From Lingula anatina (Eukaryota; Animalia; Brachiopoda): a DNA stretch of 64,000 nt. Every line of letters begins with the position of its first letter. The stretch's first letter is position 1. Made by a program: the position numbers and the translations under genes. The notes under the pieces are model-generated. The model ran no database searches. It had not been told where the DNA came from and saw nothing but the letters and a program-made list of their open reading frames with translations. The stretch spans positions 17,360,001 through 17,424,000 of the forward strand of contig CM120646.1 in assembly GCA_051362555.1 (NCBI GenBank), in the 5' to 3' direction. Below, piece by piece: positions 1 to 13,800 of the stretch.

Positions 1-3
1 TAG

Positions 4-1295
4 GAGGGCGCAGTTCCCCTTTACAACAGTTTATAGCTGAGATGTCCCTAGGGTACTTCCTGTATGATTTCATGTGGTGCATATATTTTAAAACTGAAGG
101 TAAGTTCTACATCAGAGCCTTGGGGTTTCTAAGGGCGCATTCCCATAGATTTTAGATCGATCTATCCCTGTGGGGAGTCTCACTATTGTCAGATAATCCG
201 GCTTAAATGTCCGTCCCGCCTACTACAGGCTGTAAGGCGGTAATTAACTTTCGTGCCTGCTCGGCTGACAGCTATTTAGCGTGAACCCCCAGGGAGTTAG
301 GTCGATCTAGTTGGATCGATCTAATCTTTGGGAATGGGGTCTAAGGGGTGGTAAGATTGCATTCAGAACAGCGGACAGATCTGTGGATCAAATATGGCGA
401 CCCACTAAAAAGCTTGCCGCTTAATTCCTGATTAGATACTGATTAGATACTGAATAGATTCCCTGCTGGGATTACACAGCAAGCATTCAAGTGGGTTGGC
501 TATATTTGATCTGAAAATCTGTTAGACCACTGTTCAGAATGCGCCTTAAGTCATAACTTTTTAGTGTTTAAATTGTAGAATTTCAACATCTTTGATGGAT
601 GCAATCTGTGGAGTTGGAGTTTTTGCATCCATTCATTACTTATTATAACTTTTCCCTCATTGTTCAGGCAAATTGTCATAATTCAGTTACTGACTAGTGC
701 TCAGTGACTTATTATAGCCATCTTTTTTATTATTATTATAGGTTTTGTAATGTTACTTCATCACTGTTTAAGCAGCATTGGTTTGGGAGTGACAGTGCTC
801 CGTGGAATGTACGGTACAGAGATGGTGGCGACCCTCTTGGCAACCGAAGTGACCAATCCTTTTCTGCAGTTCCGCTGGTTTCTAAGACAGACAGGGCAGT
901 ATGAAACCCTCCTCGGAGAAGTAAATGATATTTTATTCATGGCATTGTTTGGATTTGCCCGGATTGGAATGGGCACTTCTCTCCTTATTACTTACTACCA
1001 GCATCCAAACACAGACTTCTTGGGGAAGTTTGGCGGAACTTGTATTTATATCATAGGGTGGTTGTTCTGGATAAGTATTATGCGTTTTGCGCTAAAAAAA
1101 TACACTAAAATGTATCACCTGTGGAAAAAGGGGAAATTAAAACTGGATGAGGATCATTATAAAATCAAGAGTGAGGAAAATGGGAGTTTAGACACAGGGG
1201 ACATCATAGGGGATTTAGACATTGAAGAGATCAAGGAGGAGATTAAGGAAATTGCTGAAGAGATTAAAGAAGAGATTAAAGAGAAGATTCATTAA
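4..1295 (+). CDS. TLCD5: TLC domain-containing protein 5 (TMEM136), last two coding exons; 5' part lies outside the window
   Basis: Exon 4-99 (GGRSSPLQQFIAEMSLGYFLYDFMWCIYFKTE, donor GTAAGT at 100) splices in phase 1 to exon 742-1295 (GFVMLLHH...GTEMVATLLATEVTNPFLQFRWFLRQTGQY...KEKIH*). This is colinear with recalled vertebrate TMEM136 motifs (LGYFxxD, MLxHH, E-x-TNPxLQxRWFLR). The C-terminus is a KxKxx ER-retrieval signal. Confidence 0.92.
133..341. mobile_element. PIF/Harbinger-type MITE, family A, copy 1
   Basis: TIRs (CATTCCCA.AGATTT.AGATCGATC ... GATCGATCTAA.TCT.TGGGAATG) with TAA on both flanks. Four more copies occur in the window. Confidence 0.85.
355..546. mobile_element. PIF/Harbinger-type MITE, family B
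   Basis: TIRs GCATTCAGAACAG ... CTGTTCAGAATGC with TAA flanks. Homologous to 61093-61265. Confidence 0.8.
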
Positions 1296-4200
1296 TGGTA
1301 TATTATGCAAAACATGCTTCCACCATTTTATCAGAAAATTGACATTAACTCATTTTTTCTATGTATTTGTAAAAGTTTTCATTACTAGTCAGTAATATAT
1401 ATGTGTCATTTACAGAATGCTATTGATTTTTTTCCATAGAAATCATGTTGAATTAATTTGATATTTTTCTGTATATGTCTGCTTTTATCAGTTTTGTTTT
1501 CATACAACTAATCAGTAAATATATTTAATGCGGCACTCTGATAATGCAGGATTTTGCAACTTGTGGCTCTTTCATCACACCTTTAATTGTATCTCCCATT
1601 TTTTTTCACACAGCGAATCACTGTAGCAGCAAATAAGAAATCTCCCTCTATCAAACGTTTCAGAAAATGGCAGATATATTTTTATGTGTACTAAATTGTA
1701 TTTAATCTAAAAAAAATGTACTTTGCAGATAATGTTTCTCTTCAATCTTGAAGTATATTCCAGATAAATTTAAGTTGGATAGAGAATTGCGTGGAATATT
1801 TTGTGATGAGGAATATATTTTATCTTTTATTCTTATAGCGAACAAAGTTGTCAAACAACAGATATAGTACAAGTTTTGATTACGCGTTTCATGGTGCCAT
1901 CATGTCCGCTCAAGTAATTAGTTGTAAAATCAACTGACACCACTTTTTAATTTTTGTGATAAATAACTGATTTTATAATCTAGTCTCAGAACTCGAGCTC
2001 CATGTTTCCAATTTTGTATACAGGGTCTGTCATGAAATGAATGTTTTATACATCTTGTCTTTAATATGACCAAAAGAAGGAGGCTCTGTTCCAGGGAAAT
2101 TTAAGTGCAAATTTTTTCAGGTTCTTAATGCATAACTAACGGTGATCAAAGAAAAATTCTACATTTACCTTTATAATATTTTGATGAAGTTATGTTTATA
2201 GTTGAGCAAATATAAAAATATTGTGATCCGTGAATTTCATAATGAATGGAATGGAATAAATATGTCCATATTGGAAAGAGAGTATGCCAGTTCATTGATG
2301 AGGTTTTCACTTTAAGATTTAGGCTAAATGAATTACGGTCATTACTTCATCTTTTTAATGGTTGGAGGGGGAGGGTTGTGATTTTACAGATACTACATTT
2401 TAAAGTCAAGATTTCTAAAAATTTAAACATTCCTATTGAGTGGTAGGAACAGAGTTAAAGGGAGGCTATTCTATAGCTCTATTCTATGCAGTTAAAACAC
2501 CACAAATCCTATATAGAAATGTGATTTTGTGATTATAAAAGTATGTATCTGAAAGTTTGCCCTTTGGAAGTCATTACCGCAGCTGAACATTGTTTTCCAA
2601 ATTTTCTTCACGAAGAGCCCGCGCTAAAATCTAAAGGCGTTTTTAAGGTTACGAAATGAGCGGCCCCTTGCTTCAAAATTTCATTTTCATTCGCAAGCAT
2701 TTACTTGGTTAAGTCCAAGGATTGTGAAATGTGCTTTGTAGGATGATTTAATAATATCTATTATTGTTACTGTCATTTTTAACTTTTTGGTCTCGTTGGA
2801 GTTGTGGTCGGTTAAAGCCCCAAAAATGCCGTGCATCCAATAGGCAGTACGTTTTACGTATATTATCCTTTCCAGCATATTCCCGCCAAATCGATTTTTT
2901 AAAAGAAAACCTTAAAGTAATTCCCTCCTACGCTCAAATCATTGCCCGACTCGGTACTGCACTTAGACAAGATGTTTTATACCATTTTTGATTACAAATT
3001 TTAGTCTTAAACGTTCCTCATAACGTTTTCCTATACTTTGTAGAAGGAAATATTGACACCAGGTACTTTTATTTGACGGGTTTTAGCGTTTGTAGTTTTT
3101 GAATTAGCAGATAGTACTAGTGTTTTAAATCCCCCCACCCCACCCCAAAAATGAGAAATGAATAAAATTCTGAGTGTTGTCCACACGATTCTGACCCTAA
3201 GACCACATTTCAATATATTTTAGTTTTTCTTTTCCATCTTGTTGATTATTTCAAATTCTTTTCCCCGGCGAAATGTTTCGGGTTGTTACACATAGCTGTA
3301 GTTGTAAATCGATATCAATTATAATGGTTGTCCTTGTTTGTTTTTATACCGATCCTTAACGCGCGACCACAGTGGTTTTTGCCTCACCCCCCACCCCCCT
3401 CCCCACACTCGTCTCGTGTTTCGTACTCGTTTTACGCCCCACCCCCACTTCGTCTCCGTTCTGTAATAAGTTTATAAAGGAATATTTCAAGTGGAAAAGT
3501 ATTCAAAAATATACATTAGGAGATAGCGAATGTGCGTTTTTCGGCGATCCCTACCAGTGAATGATTTAAAATCAGAGTTTGCGGAGATATGTTGGAAATC
3601 AATGTGGAGATGGACCTTTTTTGGTAAGCCACACACAAAGATAATTTTTAGTAACGACCATTCACAAGCACACGGTTATAAGTTGTGCGACTTTTATTTT
3701 TGCAATTACAACAAAATATTAACCGAAAACAAAATGAAATGATTGTCGTGCTTTTTCTGAGAAGGGCAAATAGCCGAAGATAAATTAAAATAGCAGAAAA
3801 TATATTCCGTTCGTTAAGTTAAGGATTGTGCAAAATAAAACTGAATCTTTTTTTCTGAACTTAAAATGTCTGTCAAAATAACATTATTGTTGCAGTGACG
3901 ACGCTGACCTTCATTTGTCACTGACGTAAAGTGCACCAGAGGAATGACATTGTGGAAAATAACATCAATTAAAATAGACTTGTAACACTTAACAACAGTA
4001 AAAATATCTATACAATAGCCTACTACAAGTTAATACATATGTCAAAACACTTGAAACCAATAAAAATAAAGATATATAATACAAATACTAATAAAACTAA
4101 TTAGATGTAGCAAAGTTTAGTTAGAATATGCTGTCTTTTTATGGACAGGCGCTATCTATCTGGACATTTGGGCATCACCTGCGTCTGTCGTTGCCGTTAG

Positions 4201-5633
4201 TGTCGCCTTGCAACTGTTACTTGCAATTGTCGTTATCAAACTTACAAGAAAGTTTCTTTGGATAGTGAAAATACAGCTCAAGTTTGAAAACAAGCCTGGC
4301 AGGGATTTTTTTAGTGCTAGACAGTATTGTGCGGTATTTGAATTTTTACAGGTATTCATGCAGTGAGCTAGCATTAAATCATTTGTCCGTTAATAATATA
4401 TAATGACAGATGCCTGATGAACTAAGATATATACATTTAAAATTTTTACATTACATGATTTGATAAGTTTAAACAAGGTATTACGTAAATCCAGTCACGT
4501 GACAACACCCCCAACTTACAAAAACACCTTGCCCAGGAAAGGGAACTGTGAATACCCCTATATAAAGCTTCACATGTCGTGTGAATGATATATTAAATTA
4601 ATTTCCAAAACTTTTAAAAAGCTTGTTGTTTTTTTAAACAACCGTTTCTGTGAATACTTAGTGAAATAATATTTAAAAACATCTAAGTGAAACACGAGCA
4701 CAAATGTAAACGCAACCGTGATAAATAAAATACTATCAATAAAAGAACGAAACAACATCCTTAATAGACAATTCTGAATATGCAAAAAATAAAATAGATA
4801 ATAGTAATTCCAATCGAATCTAAATCATTTCCATTGGCAGAAGAGAAGCCCCAGAACGTAATGCCTAGTTTTATATGTTCACGGTGAACATGTCAGAAAT
4901 TTTGAATGTTACCGGTAGACTCGTCCTACATAAGTAACACTGGAAAGTGATGTTCCCCTGTAGACTATAGGCCTTTTGGAAACACTGCCAATTTAAAATT
5001 ATCAAATATCATTTCAGACTTGACATAAAAATATTTTAATTGATTGCTTTTTGTGCTTTTTGGTGGGTGCAGGATGGGGGAGGGGGAAGGGGGAATGAGA
5101 CACTAAAAAAGTGACATAGCGTAAGATTCAAAGCACCCTTTTTACCTAAATGTACATAAACCACTTCTTGTTGAACTTATCTGAAGTGATAATCTTGATC
5201 ATTTTTCAAAGATGATGTAATTTTTGCAAAAACAATATGATTTATCAAAAATTGGTCAGTCTGACGAAAATACCATTAACCACAAGAAAGTTGTTTAAAT
5301 AATACCATTTATGAGTTTTGTGTTGTTCTAATTTTTTAAAAATTATGATGTAAATGTTATAATTTAGTTTTTCAAAATCTCATTGCATCATTTCATTCAA
5401 TGAAATTTCGTCCCTTGCGAAATAACTGCATTTTTAGACAATCTTAAAATGAAATAAATACACTAAACAGTAACACATTCTGATTGTTTAGCAATATCTA
5501 TCAAAGGGACGTGTCTTTTGTTTGGAACTCCTAGAGTGACTTTTTTAAAGTAAAATTTTAGTAAATTTTGTAAATCCGATAGAAAAAATCAATTTAAAAT
5601 CATACAGATGGTCCTTTTATGTTTTAGGGAGAA

Positions 5634-8600
5634 TTAAATAATATTAAATGCTATCCATCCGGCTGCCATTCCTGTCATTATGACAAAGCTGATATCAACC
5701 CTCTCGAAAAAAGAAGCAGAATTGACGTTGGCTGCCTTCGTCACAAACCAAGTAGTGGCATCTGGCGGCGGAGTTGATGCGCAGTTATGGGTTTTATCAC
5801 GAATCACGCGCAGAGGAAAGGCGTTCCCCTTGTATGTGTAAGCCGCTGTCTCAGATTCGATCCGATCCTGCAGTGAAGCAAACAAACTGAAACCTTCGTC
5901 ATAATTACGGATATATTTGGCCAAGAGAAGATTAAGGCTTAACTGAACTGCGAATTGGGATTCCTCTCGTTCGCGTGGGTAGACGGTGCTAGAGGAGATA
6001 TTCTTAACAAGGCAGCTGTAAGGTTTTTGACCCATCCTTTGTGGTCGCCATGTTTTAACGTAGTCATTACCTAAAAGGTTTGCAAGATTCCGCGGGAAAC
6101 GAAAAGATTTACAGGCATCAAACACCTCATCGATGGTGTCATTTCCGGTGACCATGAAATCGATAACCAGCTTGTACAACACGTTGACAAGAGAAAGGAA
6201 AGGTGACGCGCACATTTCCGGCATCTCTTCACTTGGGCAGGTCATCTGGAAAAAAAAACATTTTTTGTACTCATTTAGAGCAATTCGATTAAGCAGTGAG
6301 CAATGTTTACTTGCCAGTCATTCAGAACACCATGTCTTCCTGTATAATTCAGAAGGAACTATCGATGGGTTTTACTTGAGTTTTTTTCCTTTTCATTCAG
6401 CCTTTGCATTTAATATGGAATATTTTGGTTTCAAAGTTGTGCCTAGGTAAAATGTATTAATTATTTCTAAAAACGTGTATTTCATGCGAATGACGAGAAT
6501 AGATAAATGTGTTGTCTTTGATGTCTTACAATGCTTGTGTTGGAGTTACACGATTCTAGTGGTTCCGGTGTTGTTGGATCCACAAGCGCTGAAAACGCCA
6601 CAGGATTAAACTTCTTAACATCCGACTCGCCTGAATAGTATACAAATAGCATTTCAACATACGTATATATACATGTATATCGGGTCATCAGGGAACTAAG
6701 TAATGAGAACTTTTGTTTTTATTATGTGCGATAAATATAGAATTATCGCACACATAAACAAGGTACCAAAGCTGTCAAATGTACTTAAAAAAGCAGAAAA
6801 TAATGATGCAAAAATACGTTATTTTTTCAATTTTGATGCATTATTACAAAATGCTTAACAATAAAATCAATACCAAAATTTTACTATACACAACATGTAA
6901 CACGGGCATTAAGAATGTGTAACAAGTTCAAGACTTCAGGCCCATGAAAGTTCAAGTTCACGCCTTAAAATGCCAGAATAAGAAAAAAGAAAATATCACA
7001 AAAATGCATTAATTCAAGAAAAATAATCCCATCGATCTGGTTTTCAAATATCAGATGTATGGTAATCCTAAGAATCATTCCTGTTAGTTAAAAAATAAAA
7101 AGTAACACAGTCTTCTTTCATAATGTTTGTGACGGCAGTGCACAGAGTAGGTTTTTGCCAATTTTGATGCAATATTGCATAATGCATATTGCATAGTTTA
7201 AAACATAATAACCACCAATTTGTAATCACCTACTATACGTAGCATGCACATTCAGAAAATGTACTTCAATTCACTTTTATGCCCATGGGAGTTGTATGGT
7301 CCCCATTGGAAATGCCAATCTGTGAAAAGTAAAAATTTCACAAAGAGCTGCATGTAAGCTTTCAGAAAAAAGATGTTATCAGACTGGTTCTTCCACGCCA
7401 GCTGCATTTCATTCCTATGCATCAATCCAGTAAGTTTGATAATCAAAAGTATTAAGGTTTTCTTTTAATGGTCACTCTGGCGACAGTACCCAAATGTTTT
7501 TAGTTTTGATGCAATATCACATAACGATTAATAGCATAATCACCACCAATTTTTAATTATGCACTGCAATTATCATAGGCATTTGGAAAATAAGATTAGC
7601 AAGGGTCTTCAGGCCCAGGGAAGTTCAGAGTCACTTTCTGAAAATGCCAATATGTGAAAAATTAACATTTCACAAACTAACTGAATAACTTCCAGAAAAG
7701 GACACCAATTCCTAATATATTACAAAAAATATTGATCACTCTTGTTTTAAGTTTTAAGTCAATTGGCGTATCGGTTTTCATTGAAATGTGTTATCTGCAT
7801 TGCATATATGCTGGAAAAAGGCCAAAAACACCATAACTTTTAGAAAATCTGCCGGATCGGGACGATTTTCGAACTCGACCTGTATGGCACAAATAATGAA
7901 CAGTTCCGTAAGTTTGAAGACAAAAAGGTAAACGGTTATCACGATCCTAATTGAAAGTTCTGAGCGACGACGGCGACGATAAACGCAGGTGACGGCTTTA
8001 TGGACAGACACATCCGTGTCTGTACATAAAAAACAAAAGTGCTTATTACTGTTGACACAAAATGACGTTTGTGTCCACTAAAGCAAATGTTGCTTCACTC
8101 TAAAATGAAGAATAGGCAATGCATTTCTCTCCCCTTTTCAATTTATAGGTTGAGTTCGATACAATACAGCGTGATGTTTGAAGGCAGCAAAACTGTCAAA
8201 TGGGCAGAAATTTAAATATCAAAACTGAAAGAAGCAGTCAGTTTGATGTAATGTTGAAACATTGACATGCCTAATTATGTATCAATGTGGACATTCAGAA
8301 AATGACACTTGCATTGGACATTAGATCAGGGGAATTAAAAGTCAGTTTGAAACACCCGTTTAAGAAAAAATCACAAAAAAAGCTGAAGAAGAAAAAATCA
8401 CAAAAAAAAAGCTGAAGGAGAAAACAATTCAGTCAGGCTTTTTTTGAAGTGCATCTCAGTTATATCAATCCTTAATGCTTGATAACAATGATAAGCATCA
8501 TGGCTCAAATTCTGTTTTGTTAACGAGTAAAAATTCCTGAAAAGTGCACGGCGGCACACTGCATCTGCCCAGTAAAGTATGCTATTACAAAACTGATCAT

Positions 8601-9768
8601 CATGAAAAAAAACAACAATAAACATTTACTTACTGTTTCCAGGGCAATAACCAAATGAGGGCGTATAATCGTATCTGCAGAGCCAACAGAAATGATTTCT
8701 GGCATAATAAGCTTCAGTGGTGTGAGGCATTACATGCGTGATAGCCGTAATTGAAGTGTTGCCGCAAAGTCCACGGTAAGGAGAATCTCTGTAGCACTCG
8801 TTTGGGTTACCGCTAAAGAGTATACCTTGCCCGTGACTGTTGGAGATACTGTCTATGCACGGTCTACCAGGGATTCCATCTGGTTCATAGAATTTACCAT
8901 GGCAATCCGGGAGTCCATGCACTGCTTCTAATATGGACGTCACACTACTAGCTTTCATTGCAAAGGCGTCATAGTTCGACAGCATGCACTCTACGGTCAT
9001 GGTCCAGGATTTGTACTGATTGACGCCATGGCACATGGCACAGAAGGAATTCCGGAAAGCGAACCCTGAGACTGGGTCAGATACGGGTACTATCAACCTT
9101 GCCTCGATAGTAGAGTTCGGGTTCTCACAGTTTTCCCGGATCTCATCGTCAAACCAATTCCCTGGGCATGCTTTTATCATCCAGAAGAACCTACTGGACT
9201 GCAGACGACCTCTTCTTTTTTTAGTTATCTGCGAACGACATTCCAAGTCATCGGCTCCCACGATTATTGGCGGCGACGATGAGGGAGAAGTGTTGGTGTT
9301 AGCACTTATGTCTCTTTCGTTGCACTGCAGATTAGAAGCCGAACAGCAATCACCAAGGGCATGGCACACGTCATCGCAATAACATGAAATGTAGATACTG
9401 TGACCAAGTTCCTTATCAAAGGGTTCCACGAGGGCGCAGAACCGCTGACGAGCTACTGGCGAAGACAACGCCCTGTTGCCCCATGGGTTTGGAGAGGTTG
9501 TGGATTCGCCATGTTCAGTAGCTGTGGTGGCTGAAGAAGATCCCAAAGGAGTTTGAGGAACTGGTGTGGTCACAGGCAAAGGATGACTTAATGTCTCGTT
9601 GTCAAGGACAGGTGGCATTGGGGGAGTTTGTAGCTGATTTGGAGTAGAACTCGTAGTGGTGATCTGGTCAGCCCCGCCTGTGCCTCTGGCCTGTGACCCG
9701 TTTATTAGTGCGAGTCCCAGCAGAAGTAGAACGGTGCCCATCAGTAAATTCAAAAGAGACTGAAACAT
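5634..9768 (-). CDS. Signal-peptide, Cys-rich SMB-like protein (Methuselah/adhesion-GPCR-type ectodomain, no 7TM), copy 1, 615 aa
   Basis: Exons 9768-8634 (donor GTAAGT, phase 1), 6630-6530 (donor GTAAGA, phase 0) and 6245-5634 total 1848 nt in one open frame. Features: hydrophobic signal peptide, Thr/Pro mucin-like stalk, CYCDDVCHALGDCC, FWMIKACP, PVSD...FRNSFCAMCHG, YARNHFCWLC and a hydrophobic C-terminal tail. An acceptor TTTTTAG 6 nt upstream of the ATG implies an upstream non-coding exon. Confidence 0.85.
6757..8033 (+). mobile_element. Non-autonomous Helentron (HINE-like) element in an intron of SMB-like gene copy 1
   Basis: Starts AACAAG with sub-terminal IR AAAGCTGTCA/TGACGGCTTT. Contains three ~330-bp internal subrepeats (from ~6828, 7159, 7503) and a CCATAACT...GAACTCGACCTGT...AAGTTTGAAG core. 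Ends with a GACGACGGCGACGA microsatellite, the 3' hairpin ATGGACAGACACATCCGTGTCTGTACAT and an A-run. Confidence 0.7.
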
Positions 9769-11756
9769 ACTTCCCTAAAAAGATAAAATATATCATCTTA
9801 TATATATGTACGTGAATATGTAAAATTTTGATTCACTCGAATCCCGTATACATGGTATAACGCCAACATTTTATATTTTTGGGGTATTTTTTATTTATTT
9901 ATTTTTACAGCACTGCATTATTAAATAATTAGATGCAGGAAAAACTGTATGATCTTAAACCCTTTTAGAAACCTTAACTTTTGTTGTTGTATCCAGTATG
10001 ATATAATAAAATATAAACATTTTTGCAGCTGTGCATGTAGGAAAATGCCTAGGTATTGCTATTTGTAATTAATGATTGACGAAAAAATAGCTCACTAATG
10101 GACAATGTGTCGTGCCTGACATAAGGGCCATAAACATATTTTCATACATAACACATCGTCGTTAAGAAGAAACAGTTTTTACCAAGGATAAAAAGTGAGG
10201 TTGACAGATCTTTTTACGAGTAAACTTATACAAAACTTGGACCCATTAAAATGAATGCAATGACGAACAAAAAGTTTCATTCCCCATAGGGGTAACGCAG
10301 CACTCTCTAGTGACACGCATTACTAGATGACAGTCATTATTTTTTCACCTTTAAGGGCAAACGGCAAACGTGTCCAAAGAAAATGTTTGAATAGCTTTAT
10401 GTAGTCTCCCTTCGTATCTACAAAACACATACAGGAGAATAGTGTTGATATTATGTGCACTGGTAAGCGAAGTAGAGACAGAAAATGATATTTCCAACAA
10501 AATCAGTACTGAAATACATACTCCACAGGGTTTTTGAAGGAAAATAACAGTCATAATTCTTTCGCCTGCATCCACATTTGAGATCGGTAAAAGATACTTG
10601 AAAAGGTGATAAAAGGAAATACCTGCATGTGACACCATCTAGGTTTTCAGTTCGCTCTTTATCACCCTCTTCAGTTTTGCAGAAAACAGCTACACCTTCG
10701 TTGGCACTTAACACGAAACAGTTTCTGTCTTTGAATTTCTCTTTCTACCTTTTTTTTTCTTTTTTCGTTTTCGTTTTCGTTTTCTTTTCTTTCTTTCTTT
10801 TTTTTTCTTTTTTTTTTTGTCAAATTTTTTTTTGAGTTGGTTAGATTTGTTCAGACCTATGGTACTGGGAAATGGAATATATTTCTTTTTTTAAATCTAT
10901 ACCTTATCCTTTTCTAGATTCGTGATTTTCCTACACACTCCAGTCCAGTAAATAAAAATAAAATCTGATCAAAGAAAATAACCGAATAAAAGAAGGGTAC
11001 TTGAAAGAGAAAAGGTAGGATCGTTGTATTTGAGTAAGGTTTTTGAAAAATAGTCCCGTTAAATGACCAAATCTCTGTGACAATTGGGTAAATGAGCAAA
11101 TTTGTGAACATGTTTACACTCGGCTATTTGAATGAGGAAACTTAGCACCGTTGACAAAGTTTTGATTCTCAATTTAGTTGATAGCTGATCTGCACACAAA
11201 TAATCTGACAGGGATATTCATGATTAACCGAACTCGAGTTTTATTTTTATTTAAGATATATCGTTATTTGTGAAAAAAATATTAACGACTGAGTATAACT
11301 TAATGGGTGATCATGACTCATAAAGGATTACTAGTGATCAGTGATCTAGTTTTTTGCTTACTACTGAAATATTAAGAAGCATTGAAAATTGCTCATAATT
11401 TCTAAGTAATTTCAAAGTGTAAGGAATAGTTTCTTTCATAAAAGGAAGTAACACATATGCCTCACAGCTAATTTCGCGTTGTGTTCTGTGAAGTTCCTGT
11501 AGATATCTTTGCAAGCAGTGGGTTAGCCAAAAAATACTTATAATACTCCCGTACATGCCTTTTTTTGATAATAAATAAATTTTAAGTGATCATACACAAA
11601 TGTCATCTCACCGATGACGTCATGATAAAAATATTTATTCAAGGGGATAAATATGCAAAATCGGTTTCTAAAATATCTATTTATCTCAGCACCCACGAAC
11701 ACCGTTTCAACGCAAATTAAATGAAACCTCTCTTATATTGGTGTACCTAATTGTTA

Positions 11757-11806
11757 CATAATATAATATAATATAATATAATATAATATAATATAATATA
11801 ATATAA
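11757..11806. repeat. (ATATA)n microsatellite
   Basis: Read directly. The paralogous tract is at 29695-29746. Confidence 0.9.
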
Positions 11807-12769
11807 ATATTATTTCAACTATACATATAGGTAAATGATTGACGAAAAAGAGGCTCACTAATGGACAATGTGTCGTGCCCGAAGGGTAATAAAAATATTT
11901 CATGAGGTTATATTATGTAAGTGTCATCGTCGAAGAGTTTTTGAGTAAAATGACGGCTTCTTTGTACAGTACTGATTTAAAGCAATTAACTTTGCAAATT
12001 TAAGTAATCAACATATGTATCTATCGCGTCACTAACGCTTAGCTAGTGGGATATAAGGAGAGCGAGGAGAGAAGCTATAGAGCACGAAGAAGATGGACGT
12101 AAAAACGGACAGTTAAGAGTTGTAGGCTTCACTTAGAACATGAAGTTACAGCACGAGCGCCGACAAATAAACCGTTTAACTGGTCATTATGTGGACTATG
12201 TGGGTTTGCTTTGTGCCACCGTACGTAAATCTGACACGAATCGTGGATTCTTTGGATTGCGTTATGCACTAAATGAGTCGAAAACTAAATGTCCAATTTG
12301 GGCACACATTGAATTAAGCGTACTTAATTCATATGTGCAAAGAACATTTTTTTCTGTATGTAAAAAGGTTCAGTACAAATGACAGATTTTTCAAACATCG
12401 ACTTGTCCATCCGTTATTATGATAGAAAAAATAATTTTCCAAAAACAAGCCGGAGTTAAACGCTTCAGATTTCAGTCTGTAATATTTTAAAAAAGGTCTA
12501 TCTTTATTTCCAAATCTATCTTTATTTCCAAATTTGCTAATTTTTCTTAATTACTCTGCCGATCATAATATGTTATGATATTTATAACCCCCCTGAAAAT
12601 TTTGAAAAATTGTGAAACGTGACTGTTTTACCCCAAGTATATGCCTTCAGGGACACTTAAACCTCCACGCAAAATGATTTTGACGCTTATCTCATCTACA
12701 AAGAATGTTTAATCATACCTTGCCAACTTTTTGTCCCTTTACTTTGACAACAGAGTTTAGTTCATTTCA

Positions 12770-13800
12770 CTGTAAGGCCACCGGCCTTTTTACAATAATT
12801 TGTTTTAATCATTAATTTCTACGCATTACATTATACATTTCCCCTGTCCATATCTAATAACGACTTTCTTCTTATTTCTGCTTTTGTCAAATAATTCGAG
12901 ATTTTTTCTTAAAACTCTAATACTTTCTGATTTCTTCAATATGATAAATAGTTCATGTGAACCCAATTCCCGATGAGAAAGTTATCCCTTAGCTCGCTAT
13001 ATGGAGGAAAACTAGTGCCTTTTGCACTCGACTACCTCCTAATTACAACACTGATTAATTCTCTGATCCCTAGAATTACCACTTTGTCTACCTTTTTCAA
13101 TTTCAAGTTGATGATTTGAACATCTTAATCGTTCTAAAACTGATATACAATTAGCTTTATCAAATACTGTAACGTATGGCTCAATAATGAGATTATGATT
13201 AGATAATTTATATACATCTAGTCTCAATATAATTTGACATTTTGTTACACCACGACAAGACATAAATATCCATGCACCTTTGATGAAATTCCTTTATAAA
13301 TGAACTTTCATCCACCACTCCTTGGTTAATCCAGGCTATTCCAAAATCATACCCATATAACAGTTTCTTTACTTGTAATGCCCAACAATTCTTCTCGTTT
13401 TATGCCATATTTTACTGTCACACGTAACACGCTTAATAATGAACTTATTTCAGGTGCATTCATAAGCTTGAGCCAGTACTTAATTACTTTCACCAAACGT
13501 CCAAGTATTTTTTTGTCTAATTCAACCGTTGCCGCTACGTTAGACGCATTTCTCCTATTACAATAAAATTTGCAGAATTTATTTTGTACAACTTCTGCAT
13601 CTTGTCCAGGATGCAAGCCCCATACTTTTGCCCCATAGTTTGAAATAGGAACTATCTTTGTATCAAAAACTTTTAGCCAGCAATCAACCTTGGCTTCACC
13701 AAATTTACTCATATGCTTTGTTACGCGCCTTATTCTGAAATCCAAGCAGTGATTAAAAAAATAATAATAAAAAATAAAATAAAAATAAAATAAAAAAAGA
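12770..13800 (-). mobile_element. Degraded 3' end of an RTEX-like non-LTR retrotransposon
   Basis: Frameshifted fragments KVFDTKIVPISNYGAKVWG, VIKYWLKLMN and RLRCSNHQLEIEKGR...RDQRI-C-C. These match the post-RT region and C-terminal CCHC finger of RTEX-type ORF2. Confidence 0.75.

Noticed and set aside
2246-4785. Short ORFs conserved between the two units (2246/19027, 4156/20460 and others)
   Set aside because: Their similarity is explained by the recent duplication. They have no splice support or recognisable domains, and frameshifts differ between copies.
6828-7790. Spaced repeats as a CRISPR-like array or satellite
   Set aside because: They are degenerate ~330-bp internal subrepeats of a HINE-like element in a eukaryotic intron, with no constant short repeat and unique spacers.
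9020-9382. Plus-strand 120-aa ORF (and 26142-26489, 6133-6450)
   Set aside because: These are antisense shadows of the SMB-like coding exons.
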